Shown: positions 9,701 through 19,668, counted from the first letter of the stretch. The stretch: DNA of 64,000 nt from an uncultured bacterium (GCA_965370415.1 CBDUTJ010000004.1:30665-94664), one strand, 5' to 3'. Program-made: numbers and translations. Notes: generated from the sequence alone by a model not told the origin.

Positions 9701-9877
9701 AAAATAAAAATATTTGACATCGCTGCGAATCTTATTTACACAAACACAGTGCATTGTGAAGCAGGTTTTTCTAATAATGTATACGTGAATGCAAAAAACC
9801 TGTCTTCGGGTGTTTACTTTGCAGTGCTAAAGGCAAAAGGGAAGGTGTTGAAACTTAAATTTGCTATAGAAAAATAA
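6746..9877 (+). CDS. M6 (immune inhibitor A)-like metalloprotease homologue with FG-GAP/VCBS-type repeats and a T9SS C-terminal sorting domain; active-site motif reads HQFGH
   Basis: 1043 aa with a signal peptide. ILALMVEFND and IIIHAGAGQES match the M6 N-terminal region. VICHQFGHQIGLP sits where HExxH is expected. DIDGDETDE and DVDNNGFLD are FG-GAP-like repeats. The C-terminus YFYPNPLN...GVYFAVLKAKGKVLKLKFAIEK is T9SS-like. Confidence 0.7.
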   Translation: MKKVFCLSLIIGLINVFLSAVPSVPGKTTGLPNYKEYSSEIYSRSNPDRNRDLPQSILALMVEFNDITFDLIPDYPDSLKHDKEYFERLLFHMTSLFDDASHGQYVLTEENYTVWENIITVSQEMGYYGDDDLSLERVCELVQEVVEIADDQLDFNDYDAIIIIHAGAGQESDPDMEEEIYSTFLSRRSLQAGIDPENDDFPGIETDDGIILKEFAIMPETEWQPDFTLGDPVYGLLGVICHQFGHQIGLPTLFDNDSDNGASAGIGSFGLMGTGVWNANGFVPPLPCAWSRYYLGWEDNNIIELNSSFENMPLTSPTADDDDTPKLYKIIISDKEYFLLENRQQNPDGSMFGDDPSFTFELLPEGQQDVYPPGHPNEGQPKFNFMENTYKNCEWDFYLPGLGGPDSPVIDGSGMLIWHIDENIIDANFDPDFESNSINADASHKGIDLEEADGIQHLDTAYQFYSWGSPYDAYREGNNTYFGDLTHNGLYSLPTAESYYGGNLIDIFNIGESDSLMTFSVHYEWSLNADYIGENPFPAAIIDFDGVGKNEIFYPMPNGKLYLWKDDIDYPGFPLNLSIVSVLSDYYSFDTVTGSIFIPAETTVGDNAMLFRIDNDLENLQELCLFENNREWLAAPVINPDTTLAQRVFLPLSASSGTGSEIIVLDSLYQTLTSYSFDLHISSNLMLKEQKLYFISDGWKLVKIDIISEETEITDLSIIDPLPVIHSALLVDIDGDETDEIIVVTDNCAVYCFKQTGELRNGFPAEIELNAVSIPSIADVDNNGFLDILIGGENTFAVVNKNGDVFQPQEVISDPDSTFTTAGVIAFDIDNDGDLEILGNMSRNRLCVWENLNNSNFELNRNYPVSFGERSLNYPLISGSENENIYVYIPSNNGTIFRSNLLFAEFDDIVQTAWKIEYANLQRTASYLDTTSLPSYPAKKVFNKAKTYFYPNPLNRIFSKGIDFNNNVPEFTIILRIETYVDTDVKIKIFDIAANLIYTNTVHCEAGFSNNVYVNAKNLSSGVYFAVLKAKGKVLKLKFAIEK

Positions 9878-9906
9878 TTCCCAATACCTTGAATTTTGGA
9901 GGATAA

Positions 9907-10803
9907 ATGAAAAAAGCAGTACTAATAATATTAATAATGGTTCTTGCTGTTTTGCTAACGGCAGAAACAAGTGGTGAATACGGATTTCAAATGCTGAAAA
10001 TAAGTGCCGGGGCAGCTCTCTCTGCTCAGGGTGGAACAGGAGCTTTCTTTTCTAATGATGCTTACGGATTTATTCAAAATCCTGCTGCCGGGCTCCTGAA
10101 AAAAAAAAGAGTAATTTCCCTTTCTCAGAATTACTGGATCTTCGATACTGTCATAAACAGCGGTGCTTATGCTTATTCAAATGGGAAAAAGACTTTTGGA
10201 TTTGGATATCGTTACCTGGATTACGGTAAATTGGAAGGCAGGAAGGATAACGGAACCTTACTCGGTGAATTCCATCCTATGGATCTGGTGCTTTCCACAA
10301 ATTTCGGTTACCGCTTAACGCCCGATCATTACGCAGGAGTTAACGTTAACCTTCTATATGAAAAGATCGATACTTCTTCCAGTTTTGGATTCACGATAGA
10401 CCTGGGTTATACTTATCTTACACCTATCAAAGATATGCTTATCTCTGCAGCTTTGAAACATCTGGGGAAAACATCAGCGATGGATAAAGACGGTATTGAT
10501 CTACCTATCACGGGTGAGCTTTCTGTGGTTAAAAATTTCCAACTGGTCAGTAAAAATTTCTCCACCGAATTTAAAGCAGTAAAACATATTGACGATGACG
10601 AATTTAAAGCAGTATGGGGAATTAAAGTCGAAATTAACCGTACTTTCAATCTGAAATTTGGATATAAATTCAACTATGATTCGGAAAATATTTCTGCTGG
10701 TTTCGGTATCAATTTAAAAAAGATCTCTCTCGATTATGCCTATATTCCCTTCGATTATGAGATCGACGATGTTCATATTATGGGGCTTACTTATAGATTC
10801 TAA
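9907..10803 (+). CDS. PorV/PorQ-family-like outer-membrane beta-barrel protein (T9SS-associated)
   Basis: 298 aa with a signal peptide. MLKISAGAALSAQGGTGAFFSNDAYGFIQNPAAG resembles the PorQ/PorV N-terminal motif. It ends in a typical barrel terminus (...GLTYRF) and sits between two T9SS cargo proteases. Confidence 0.55.
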   Translation: MKKAVLIILIMVLAVLLTAETSGEYGFQMLKISAGAALSAQGGTGAFFSNDAYGFIQNPAAGLLKKKRVISLSQNYWIFDTVINSGAYAYSNGKKTFGFGYRYLDYGKLEGRKDNGTLLGEFHPMDLVLSTNFGYRLTPDHYAGVNVNLLYEKIDTSSSFGFTIDLGYTYLTPIKDMLISAALKHLGKTSAMDKDGIDLPITGELSVVKNFQLVSKNFSTEFKAVKHIDDDEFKAVWGIKVEINRTFNLKFGYKFNYDSENISAGFGINLKKISLDYAYIPFDYEIDDVHIMGLTYRF

Positions 10804-10815
10804 TGGGAAGGTTTT

Positions 10816-13800
10816 ATGAAATTCTGGTGGCGTGTAATTATTTTACTGGCAATACCTTTTTACCTGGCAGCATTGGATTATGTTCCCAACCAGATAATTT
10901 TTAAAACCTCTGTTCCTCGGCAAATTATAGAAAAAACTACTGGTCTGGAAGAATTTGATTCTTTCCTGTCCGAAAAAGATATTAAGAAAATTAAGCCAGT
11001 TCTAAAAAAAAATCAGAACCGTTATTTTGTTGCCTCTTTCGATAGTGATATTAACTGGGATGAACTGGAAAATCTGCAGTTTGAGGGCATCGAGTACATC
11101 CAGCCTAATTATCTGAATTCTTTTTATGTGGAACCCAACGACCCTGAATATAATAACCAGCAGGTAAATTTTGAGAATTGCAATATTCCGCCAGCCTGGA
11201 ACTATACCACCGGCAACGGGGAAATAATTGTCGGGATTGTTGATTCCGGTATTCATTTTGATCACTGTGACCTGCAAAATAATATTTATATTAATACCAA
11301 CGAAATTCCTGATGATGGAATTGATAATGACGGCAACGGATATATAGATGACTGGCGAGGTTGGGATTTTGTGGATGCCCCAGAATTATATACTATGGCG
11401 CTTGGTGACTTTACAGTACAGGATAACGACCCCAGTGACGATTTGAACCATGGTACTCATATTGCAGGAATTATTGGTGCCGATACTAATAACCAGGAAG
11501 GAGTTTGTGGTATCTGTTGGAACGTGAAACTTCTTGTTATCCGCTCCGGGTTCAAAACGGTAGATGGTGGTTATCTGCAGGATGATGATGCAGCAGCTGG
11601 GGTTATCTATGCTGCCGATATGGGGGCGGATGTAATTAGCCTGAGTTGGGGAGATACCAATTTTTCACAGATCATTGCCGATGCCTGTTATTATGCCTAC
11701 GAACACGGCTGCGTCATAGTGGCAGCCGCCGGAAACGAAGGCAGTACAAGTGCTCACCTTCTTACCTATCCTGCCCGGCTTTCCACCACGCTATCCGTGG
11801 GAGCTGTAGATAATAATAAACAGCTTACTTCTTTTTCGAGTTATGGTCCGCAGCTTGATCTGGTTGCACCCGGTCAATTTATTATAAGTACCTACGATAC
11901 TCCCGACAACCTGTACCAGGAACAATCCGGAACTTCGATGTCCGCACCGTTTGTAGCTGCCGGAATAGCCTTGCTGCTTTCAGTAGAACCGGGACTGAAT
12001 TACGAAGAAATCAGGGGAAGATTGATCTCGTCTGCTTTAGACCTGGGTGATCCCGGATTTGATAATGTTTATGGAAATGGTCTGCTGAATGTGCAGGAAC
12101 TTCTTACAAACCTGAACTATCCTACCATAGCGATCAGCTTTCCACTCGATAATGCCGGACTGAATGATGACTTTGATATAATTGGGACTGTACAGTCTCC
12201 AAATTTCTGGCGGTATTCGGTGCAATATACTTCCGCTGCAATGCCCACACCTCTTGATTGGGAAGATGTTGACCCGGATATACCATATTACGATTATGAA
12301 GTTGAAAATGATATTCTCGCATCCTTTCATATAAGTGATTACTTCCCGGATAATACTTACAAGATAAAAGTGGAATTATTTACATCCACAAACGAAAGCT
12401 ACAACTATCTGCGTACTGTTAACATTGATCAATCACCACCCGAATTCCATGAACAATATGCAGCTGTAATGAAAAGATACAACGAAGAAATTTCGGAATA
12501 TTACCTGCAGGCTGTCTTCAATGAAAATGTATTTCTATCTTACCGGGAAGCAGGTTCAGGTGCTTATTCTCCTGTTAGCAATTATGCCGATTCCATCCAG
12601 ATTTTCAATCCCATGATTTTTGCAGGAACAAATCTCCTGGATATAAAAGCTGTGAATGTGTCTGGGTTGGAAACTGAAGTCTATAATGCTTATCAATATT
12701 ATCCTGAAATTGATTATATCGATCTGAATTCATTCACTCAAACTGAGCTGGGAAATGAACTGGTAGCAATACAGAAAATGCATGACTTCGATGGCAATGG
12801 AAAAAATGAATTCGTTGCCATGGAAATTGTGGATGGCGTACAGACACTGAAAATATTTGAACTAGAATATGATGAACTTATCACCAAATATACATTTGTT
12901 GAAAGTTTCTGGCCGGATGATATGGGAAACACCAACGGGCAGGGAATCGAAGTGCTGGGTCGTCTTGCTGGTAAACCAATAATTTATGAAGTAACCTCAG
13001 GTTTATATCCAGATTTTGTTATCTATCCTGCTGATGATGCATTCGGGGTAAATTTTGCTGATGTTGATGGAGACGGAATAGATGAGCTCGCACTTATTAA
13101 AAATGTGGACATCAATACTTTTTCTTTTCGGGCTCTTGTCCTCTATAGCCGCTCGGGAAATGAATTCACAGCCATCGATACAATCATAAACCAAACTGCA
13201 ACTTTCATCAAGAATGACTTTGTGAACAAAGTAGCCTGTGGTAACCTGGATGGTGACTCATATCCTGATCTATTGACAGCAGATAAAGATGGTGATGTAA
13301 TGATCTTTGAAAATGAAGGTTCAGGATTTGAAATGACCTGGAATATTCGCTTGCCCGTAGAAGAAGCTCATTATCTGGCTTTGGGTGACTTTACGGGTGA
13401 TGGAAATAACGAATTCTGCGCGGGTGGCTTTGTCTATAACGCTATTGACCCTAATAAAACGTTTTTTTATTTTGGGTTTTTCAAGAACAATGGGATGAAC
13501 AATCAATATGAACCTATCGGATATGTTAGCTTTACACAGGTAGAAATCGAGAATTCTATTGCTACTGCCGACCTGGATGGTAACGGAGATGTAGAGATCA
13601 TTCTTTCAATTCCGCCTAATACTTATATCATCGACTATATTAACGGTGAGTTTATTCCTATCTGGAAAGGTGAATCCGCAAAGACCATTCAGCATGTTAT
13701 CACTGCCTGTTCCGGAACAGTAACTGAGGACGCTTTTATAATTGTGAATTCTCTACAAAATGGAGAAATTGGAAGCTCTCTCATAAAGGTTGCCGAAGAA

Positions 13801-14988
13801 TTCACCGGACCACCTACACCCCGTGGGTTTTATGTTATTCCACAGGACTCAACTACTGTCTTTCTGAGCTGGGAAATGGATCCATCTTTTGAATACAATA
13901 TTTACCGTCAGGAAGAAGGAGTACCTGTTATAATAGCGAATACGCAGAATAACTCCTACCATGATTTCGGGCTTACACCAGGAGATACACTCTATTACAG
14001 AATTACAGCCGAAGATACATCATATTCCCCGTCGGAAAGCCTTCCTACAGCCTGGAAAAGCGCCGTTCCTTATTATAAGCCGGAATTGCAATATGTTAAG
14101 ATGATTTCTTCTTATACATTAGAAGTAAAATTTGATCAGCAGCTTGCTTTCAGTGCAACGCATATTTCCAATTATACTCTTGCGCCCATAAGCGTAAATC
14201 CCATTTCTGTTAATATGCTCGAACAAAATACATGCCTTATCATGCGTTTCCAGAAGTCTTTTGAAGATCTCGGGGAAGATTATGTTTTGCATTATGAAAA
14301 TTTAAGTGGAATAACCGGAGTTGCTGTAGCTGGAGATCATCCCTTTCCATACCAACCGGATACAATATCCCCGAAAATTGTGGATGTGAAAAATGAAAAT
14401 CTGCAGACAGTGAATATCTATTTTTCCGAACCTGTTAAAAAGCAACTGGTAGAAGATATATCCAATTATACTCTGGTCCTTCCCGCTGTAGACAAAAATA
14501 ATGAAATTGAAACTTTGGAATATAAAGAAGGATACCCCGATTCGTTTTATGTTTCAATCCGAATGAAAAAAAACCTGGAGTATACTAATCAACCCTATTT
14601 CTTGAAAATAGATAATGTGGAAGACCTGGCAGGTAACAAAATATCGGTTAGTGGAAACAAATGTCATTTCAGCTTGACAGGTATGATTGGTCTAAAAGAT
14701 TTAAAACACTTGCGGGTTTATCCGAATCCGCTTAATAAAAGCGAAAGTGAGTTTGACGTTGTGAACTTCATAAATCTTCCCCTGGAGATTTCGGGTAAAC
14801 TCCGGATCTTTAATTTAAATGGAGAATTGGTCTTTGAAAGGAAGATTGGTCCCTATAATAATCCTATCGACTTCTTTAGCTGGGAATGCAGAAATAACGG
14901 CGGTAGAGAAGTTTCATCAGGAATATATTTCTACATCCTGCAAATGGGGAAATATACCAGTAAAGGAAAAATTGTACTCATAAATTAG
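10816..14988 (+). CDS. Subtilisin-like S8 serine protease with FG-GAP repeats, Fn3/Ig-like modules and a T9SS C-terminal sorting domain
   Basis: 1390 aa. Catalytic triad motifs are VGIVDSGI (Asp), HGTHIAGII (His) and SGTSMSAPFVAAG (Ser), with an AAAGNEG oxyanion Asn. DVDGDGIDE and DLDGNGDVE are repeats. The C-terminus is VYPNPLN...GIYFYILQMGKYTSKGKIVLIN. Confidence 0.85.
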   Translation: MKFWWRVIILLAIPFYLAALDYVPNQIIFKTSVPRQIIEKTTGLEEFDSFLSEKDIKKIKPVLKKNQNRYFVASFDSDINWDELENLQFEGIEYIQPNYLNSFYVEPNDPEYNNQQVNFENCNIPPAWNYTTGNGEIIVGIVDSGIHFDHCDLQNNIYINTNEIPDDGIDNDGNGYIDDWRGWDFVDAPELYTMALGDFTVQDNDPSDDLNHGTHIAGIIGADTNNQEGVCGICWNVKLLVIRSGFKTVDGGYLQDDDAAAGVIYAADMGADVISLSWGDTNFSQIIADACYYAYEHGCVIVAAAGNEGSTSAHLLTYPARLSTTLSVGAVDNNKQLTSFSSYGPQLDLVAPGQFIISTYDTPDNLYQEQSGTSMSAPFVAAGIALLLSVEPGLNYEEIRGRLISSALDLGDPGFDNVYGNGLLNVQELLTNLNYPTIAISFPLDNAGLNDDFDIIGTVQSPNFWRYSVQYTSAAMPTPLDWEDVDPDIPYYDYEVENDILASFHISDYFPDNTYKIKVELFTSTNESYNYLRTVNIDQSPPEFHEQYAAVMKRYNEEISEYYLQAVFNENVFLSYREAGSGAYSPVSNYADSIQIFNPMIFAGTNLLDIKAVNVSGLETEVYNAYQYYPEIDYIDLNSFTQTELGNELVAIQKMHDFDGNGKNEFVAMEIVDGVQTLKIFELEYDELITKYTFVESFWPDDMGNTNGQGIEVLGRLAGKPIIYEVTSGLYPDFVIYPADDAFGVNFADVDGDGIDELALIKNVDINTFSFRALVLYSRSGNEFTAIDTIINQTATFIKNDFVNKVACGNLDGDSYPDLLTADKDGDVMIFENEGSGFEMTWNIRLPVEEAHYLALGDFTGDGNNEFCAGGFVYNAIDPNKTFFYFGFFKNNGMNNQYEPIGYVSFTQVEIENSIATADLDGNGDVEIILSIPPNTYIIDYINGEFIPIWKGESAKTIQHVITACSGTVTEDAFIIVNSLQNGEIGSSLIKVAEEFTGPPTPRGFYVIPQDSTTVFLSWEMDPSFEYNIYRQEEGVPVIIANTQNNSYHDFGLTPGDTLYYRITAEDTSYSPSESLPTAWKSAVPYYKPELQYVKMISSYTLEVKFDQQLAFSATHISNYTLAPISVNPISVNMLEQNTCLIMRFQKSFEDLGEDYVLHYENLSGITGVAVAGDHPFPYQPDTISPKIVDVKNENLQTVNIYFSEPVKKQLVEDISNYTLVLPAVDKNNEIETLEYKEGYPDSFYVSIRMKKNLEYTNQPYFLKIDNVEDLAGNKISVSGNKCHFSLTGMIGLKDLKHLRVYPNPLNKSESEFDVVNFINLPLEISGKLRIFNLNGELVFERKIGPYNNPIDFFSWECRNNGGREVSSGIYFYILQMGKYTSKGKIVLIN

Positions 14989-15010
14989 AGGCTTTGAAAA
15001 GGAGACTGAA

Positions 15011-15823
15011 ATGATCTCATTAGATTGGAAAGAAAGATTAAAAAAAGATACGATCGATTTTGCGGTGCGAAAACTTCCCGCTAACGATTTTGACATCGAT
15101 ATTATTTATAATGCCTATCCCCAGCGCATCGATAATAAGATCCCGCATGCAGTAATAACCTTAGTAGGAAAAACACTGGGTGCGCTTATCTACAAAGAAG
15201 CGGATAAATATTTTACATTTTATGATTACCTGTTGAAGGAAAAGGGTGAGAATGGCAAGATGATCTTTGCTTATGTGATAGCTCGCGCTATCAGGAAGAA
15301 CCCGGATAATTTCTTAGATTACATAGAAAATATATTACTTACCACAGAAGACCAGAAATTCTGTAATTTGCTTCTGGATAAAGCTATCTTCCCCATGATA
15401 AAAAAAGATCCCTTAAAACATCTGGATTTGCTGACGAATTGGATAAAAAAAGATAACGAACATCTTACTTTAAGCCTTCAGAAAATGATAATAAAGCTCA
15501 TCGGTTTTCAGCCAAAGTTGGTTAAACCTATCTTTCAAAAGCTGGAAACTTCCTGGCTTTATGCCACGCCAAATATGATAAAACTAAATACGAACTTTCT
15601 GAAAGCGGTCTACAAAATCAAGCCCAGATTTTATAATTCGATATATGAAAGTTACAAAACAACCCACAACCCGGTTTTTGCTGAAATTCTTTGCGGAGCT
15701 ATCTGTGGATACAATAAACTGCTTAAGGAAACGGTAGATAACTGGGCAATGAGCGGTAACATCAAGTTGAAAAAGATCGGGATACATGGGCAGAAAATTC
15801 TCAAAAAGAAAGGCAAAAATTAA
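15011..15823 (+). CDS. Hypothetical all-helical (HEAT/AlkD-like?) protein
   Basis: 270 aa with AGGAG upstream. Its stop overlaps the greA ATG (TAATG). I recognise no catalytic motif. Confidence 0.5.
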   Translation: MISLDWKERLKKDTIDFAVRKLPANDFDIDIIYNAYPQRIDNKIPHAVITLVGKTLGALIYKEADKYFTFYDYLLKEKGENGKMIFAYVIARAIRKNPDNFLDYIENILLTTEDQKFCNLLLDKAIFPMIKKDPLKHLDLLTNWIKKDNEHLTLSLQKMIIKLIGFQPKLVKPIFQKLETSWLYATPNMIKLNTNFLKAVYKIKPRFYNSIYESYKTTHNPVFAEILCGAICGYNKLLKETVDNWAMSGNIKLKKIGIHGQKILKKKGKN

Positions 15824-16293
15824 TGGCGAATTATATCACCAGAGAAGGCATGCAGCGTCTTCATAAACGTCTGAACGAGCTTATTAAGGAACGGCCTAAT
15901 ATAATTAAGCAGGTTGTTACGGCTCGTGAAATGGGTGATCTGAGCGAGAATGCAGAATATAAGGCCGCACGAGAAAGACAGCGCAACCTGGAAAATGACT
16001 ACAACTACATAAAACGCCGCATGGAAAAACTGCAGGTTATCGATTCCAGTAAAATACCCAAGGATGCTGTGCGTTTCGGTGCCAGAGTAACAATAAAAGA
16101 ACTTTCCAGCGGGAAGCTCTTGAAAATACACCTGGTAGGTGTGGACGAGATATTTGAAACAGAAAGCAAATATGAAAGAAAATCTATTGCGTCCCCTATG
16201 GGTAAACCGATGATCGGCAAAAAAGTGGGAGACTACTTCTTGGTAAAAGCTCCCATTGGAATACGGAAATTTGAAATTTTAGCAATAGAATAA
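15823..16293 (+). CDS. greA: Transcription elongation factor GreA
   Basis: 156 aa. ITREGMQRLHKRLNEL...AREMGDLSENAEYKAARERQ is the canonical GreA coiled-coil tip with acidic residues. Confidence 0.9.
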   Translation: MANYITREGMQRLHKRLNELIKERPNIIKQVVTAREMGDLSENAEYKAARERQRNLENDYNYIKRRMEKLQVIDSSKIPKDAVRFGARVTIKELSSGKLLKIHLVGVDEIFETESKYERKSIASPMGKPMIGKKVGDYFLVKAPIGIRKFEILAIE

Positions 16294-16304
16294 GGAGATA
16301 AGGA

Positions 16305-17714
16305 ATGAAGAAAGCTGAAGAGTTGAGTAAAAAATTAAGTTATAAAAGAAAAAACTTCTGGAGAGAAGCTTCTGCTAATGAAAAGAAACTTACTTTTAAA
16401 TTTGCCGAAGGCTACAAGGCTTTTCTGGATCAGTGTAAAACAGAACGTGAAACTATCGAATTTTACGCGGATATTCTGGAAAAGAAAGGGTTCGGTGAAA
16501 TTGATAAAGCCGGAAAGTCAGTTAAGGTTTACCGACTGGCACGTAAGAAAAATGCAGCTTTTGCTGTTCTTGGCAAAAAACCTGTGAGCGAAGGTGTGAA
16601 CATCATTGTTTCTCATATCGATGCACCCAGAGTAGACCTGAAGCAAAATCCTCTTTATGAAGATGTAGATACCAAGCTGGGTATGATGAGAACCCATTAT
16701 TACGGTGGCATAAAAAAATACCAGTGGATGTCTACTCCATTGGCACTTCACGGAGTATTTGTAAAAGAAAATGGAGAAGTTATAAAAGTTTCCATTGGCG
16801 AAGACGAGAACGACCCTGTATTTGTAATGCCCGACCTGCTACCGCATCTTGCCAGAAAAGAACAATATACCAAGAAAATCGGTGAAGCAGTCAGTGCTGG
16901 AAAAATGAACCTGATATTCAATTCTATTCCCTATTTGAAAGATAAAGATACAAAAGAAGCTATCAAGCTGAACGCACTTGTTCTTCTGAATGAAAAATAT
17001 AATATCGTCGAAGAGAATTTCCTGAGCGCCGAACTGGAACTTGTTCCTACAGGAAAAGCCCGTGATGCCGGTATCGATAAAAGTCTGGTTCTGGGTTATG
17101 GGCAGGACGACAGGATCTGTGCCTATACTTCTGCCGAAGCTATCTTTGCTGCCAAACCCGATAAAGCCGCAGTGGTTTATCTGGCAGATAAAGAAGAGAT
17201 CGGAAGCGAGGGAAACACCGGTGCCAGATCAATATTTATCATCGACTTTATTGCTGATCTGTTAAAACATAATGGCGAATCCTACGACAGTGCAACACTT
17301 AGAAAAACCCTGCTTAAAAGCCAGGTGCTTTCTGCCGACGTAAATGCCGGTATCAATCCCAATTTTCCTGATGTTCATGAAAAGGATAATGCCGTTCATA
17401 TTGGTTTTGGGGTTAGTATAACCAAATTCACCGGTAGTGGTGGAAAAAGTGGTTCGAACGATGCCAATGCCGAATTTAATGCCAAAATTACAGGTATCTT
17501 CAATAAGGAAAAAGTGAACTGGCAGATCGGTGAACTGGGCAAAGTGGATGAAGGCGGAGGAGGAACTATTGCCAAATTCATGGCAGAATACGGAGCAGAA
17601 GTTATAGATTGCGGACCCGGTCTGCTGGGCATGCATTCACTTTATGAACTCAGTAGCAAAGCTGATATATATTCCTGCTACAAGGCTTACAAAGCTTTCT
17701 TTGAAAAAGCATAA
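16305..17714 (+). CDS. M18-family aminopeptidase
   Basis: 469 aa with VSHIDAPRVDLKQNP, GQDDRICAY, ADKEEIGSEG and a C-terminal GPGLLGMHS, typical of M18 aminopeptidases. Confidence 0.8.
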   Translation: MKKAEELSKKLSYKRKNFWREASANEKKLTFKFAEGYKAFLDQCKTERETIEFYADILEKKGFGEIDKAGKSVKVYRLARKKNAAFAVLGKKPVSEGVNIIVSHIDAPRVDLKQNPLYEDVDTKLGMMRTHYYGGIKKYQWMSTPLALHGVFVKENGEVIKVSIGEDENDPVFVMPDLLPHLARKEQYTKKIGEAVSAGKMNLIFNSIPYLKDKDTKEAIKLNALVLLNEKYNIVEENFLSAELELVPTGKARDAGIDKSLVLGYGQDDRICAYTSAEAIFAAKPDKAAVVYLADKEEIGSEGNTGARSIFIIDFIADLLKHNGESYDSATLRKTLLKSQVLSADVNAGINPNFPDVHEKDNAVHIGFGVSITKFTGSGGKSGSNDANAEFNAKITGIFNKEKVNWQIGELGKVDEGGGGTIAKFMAEYGAEVIDCGPGLLGMHSLYELSSKADIYSCYKAYKAFFEKA

Positions 17715-17726
17715 AAAGGGGGTATT

Positions 17727-18461
17727 GTGAAAAAAATATTGATAGCCATTATTGTACTTTTAATACTATTTGGATGCAGTGAAAACAAACTTACCCGGCA
17801 AATGCCTATAGAACGCAAAATGGAAATAGGAAACGAATACATGGAGCTTGGAAAATACCACAAAGCAATTCCCTACTTTGCTGATGTGGTTTTTGAAAGG
17901 AATTCAAAGTATACTGCCGAAGCACAAATGAAACTGGGCGAGTGTTATTTTTCCCAGAATAAATTCATGGAAGCAAGGTTCGAATATGAAGAACTCATCC
18001 GTTTATTTCACGATTACAAAGATATAAATATGGCGTATTTCCAGATCGGTGTATGTCATTATAGCGAATCGCGTCCTGCTCATTATACACAGGAAGAAAC
18101 CGAAAAAGCTATCACTGCTTTCGAGACTTTTATCGAAAAATTTCCTTTCGATGAAATGAAAAAGGATGCCATCGATTATATCCAGAAGTGCCGCTATAAA
18201 TTACTGGAAAAGAAATATTACAATGGTTATGCTTACTACAAAATGTTCGATTACAGCGCAGCCTTGATGTATTTTGATGAGATCGCTGAATTGGGCAATA
18301 TAGATGAGCTGGATAAAATGTCGCTCTATTATTCTGCTAAAATATATATCACACGCAAAGATAAAGAAAATGCAGTTTCCGCGGCTGGCAGGCTTACCGA
18401 GCGTTATCCCGGCTCAGAAGAAACAGAAAAGATTAACCGTCTACTGCAGAAATTGAAATAA
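17727..18461 (+). CDS. bamD: Outer membrane protein assembly factor BamD (TPR lipoprotein)
   Basis: 244 aa with a GTG start after GGGGG, the lipobox LLILFGCS, and TPR-like repeats with the usual BamD size and layout. Confidence 0.7.
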   Translation: MKKILIAIIVLLILFGCSENKLTRQMPIERKMEIGNEYMELGKYHKAIPYFADVVFERNSKYTAEAQMKLGECYFSQNKFMEARFEYEELIRLFHDYKDINMAYFQIGVCHYSESRPAHYTQEETEKAITAFETFIEKFPFDEMKKDAIDYIQKCRYKLLEKKYYNGYAYYKMFDYSAALMYFDEIAELGNIDELDKMSLYYSAKIYITRKDKENAVSAAGRLTERYPGSEETEKINRLLQKLK

Positions 18462-19040
18462 ATGAAAATAGGACTTTTGGGTGGGTCCTTCGACCCGCTT
18501 CATGCTGGTCATATAGCTTTGGCGCAAATTGCAACTCAAGCTCTGGAATTGGACAAAGTACTTTTCCTACCTACAGGAAATCATCCTCTTAAACAAAACA
18601 TGAACCTTCTTCCTGCTGAGAAACGCTTTCAGCTTGTACAAAAAGCTCTCACGTCTTATCCTGGTTTTGAAGCCTCAAAATTAGATATGGAAGACACCGA
18701 TCTTAGTTATTCCGCCGAACTTATCAAGCGCTTGCGCAAGATCTATCCGGAAGATGAACTTTATTTTCTCACTGGAGACGACATCATTACCGAATTACCT
18801 CAATGGCATAACTGGGAATGGCTGTTGCAAAACGTGCAGTTCGTTGTGGCAAAGCGACCCGATACCAATCGTGAAAAGTGGCAGGATCTGGATTACCTGG
18901 AATATTTTTTATTCATAGATATGAAACCACAGGATGTTTCTTCTACCGAAATAAGACAAAAAATTAAGGTCAAAAAGAGCATTTCCGGATTAGTTCCAAA
19001 AATCATTGAAGAAGAGATAATATCTCTTTATTCCATTTAA
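18462..19040 (+). CDS. nadD: Nicotinate-nucleotide adenylyltransferase
   Basis: 192 aa. GLLGGSFDPLHAGHIALA is the (H/T)xGH nucleotidyltransferase motif, and there is a C-terminal ISSTEIR-like motif (VSSTEIRQKI). Confidence 0.85.
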   Translation: MKIGLLGGSFDPLHAGHIALAQIATQALELDKVLFLPTGNHPLKQNMNLLPAEKRFQLVQKALTSYPGFEASKLDMEDTDLSYSAELIKRLRKIYPEDELYFLTGDDIITELPQWHNWEWLLQNVQFVVAKRPDTNREKWQDLDYLEYFLFIDMKPQDVSSTEIRQKIKVKKSISGLVPKIIEEEIISLYSI

Positions 19041-19188
19041 AAAATAAAAATTATTGCTTCGCATTGTTGAGCGTTTCTTATATCCACACAATTAAAAAAA
19101 TTGACAGAAAGTTTGTTTAAACAATTTTCCTGAATAGGTTGGAATATTTGAACTTTTCAATAAATCTGGAAAGGTTTGTGAGGTTAAA

Positions 19189-19653
19189 ATGAAGAAGTGG
19201 ATTATTATTTATTTATTATTTATCGCTTTAGCCGCATCTGCTGAAGATTTGAGTGATTCAGTATTTATTCAATTTCATCAAGCTCTTGATTCACTAAAGC
19301 ATATTAAAAACGAGATCCTTCCAGCAACTTTTGAATTTAATGACAAAACCTACAATGGCTACGAGATAATATATGAAACAAAATGGTCGCTGCTCGATAA
19401 AGATGCGGATCCGATGGGAATGTTCTATCCTTTTGAAGATAATTATTGGTACAATGCCGGCTGGAGGGCAGACATCAGGTTCTGTGCTGATGGACCAGGT
19501 TCTACACTTTATTTAATCAGAAACGGCGAATTTTTCTGTATCATTCGCTGGGATTTTGTTTCGTATATCGATGATAATGGTGAATTTGTCACAGGTGATG
19601 AACTTTCGGGTAGAATAAAATGCACTACTGAGACTATTAAAAAGGAAAAATAA
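19189..19653 (+). CDS. Hypothetical secreted protein
   Basis: 154 aa with a signal peptide (LLFIALAASA) and GAGG upstream. No recognisable domain. Confidence 0.5.
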   Translation: MKKWIIIYLLFIALAASAEDLSDSVFIQFHQALDSLKHIKNEILPATFEFNDKTYNGYEIIYETKWSLLDKDADPMGMFYPFEDNYWYNAGWRADIRFCADGPGSTLYLIRNGEFFCIIRWDFVSYIDDNGEFVTGDELSGRIKCTTETIKKEK

Positions 19654-19668
19654 AAAAGGGAGGATAAA

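Noticed and set aside
10099-10108. A10 homopolymer inside the PorV/PorQ-like gene (another at 24717-24726) as a phase-variation switch
   Set aside because: It encodes a Lys-Lys-Lys-Arg stretch in an AT-rich genome, where AAA runs are common. There is no evidence of length heterogeneity from a single sequence. It would need read-level data.
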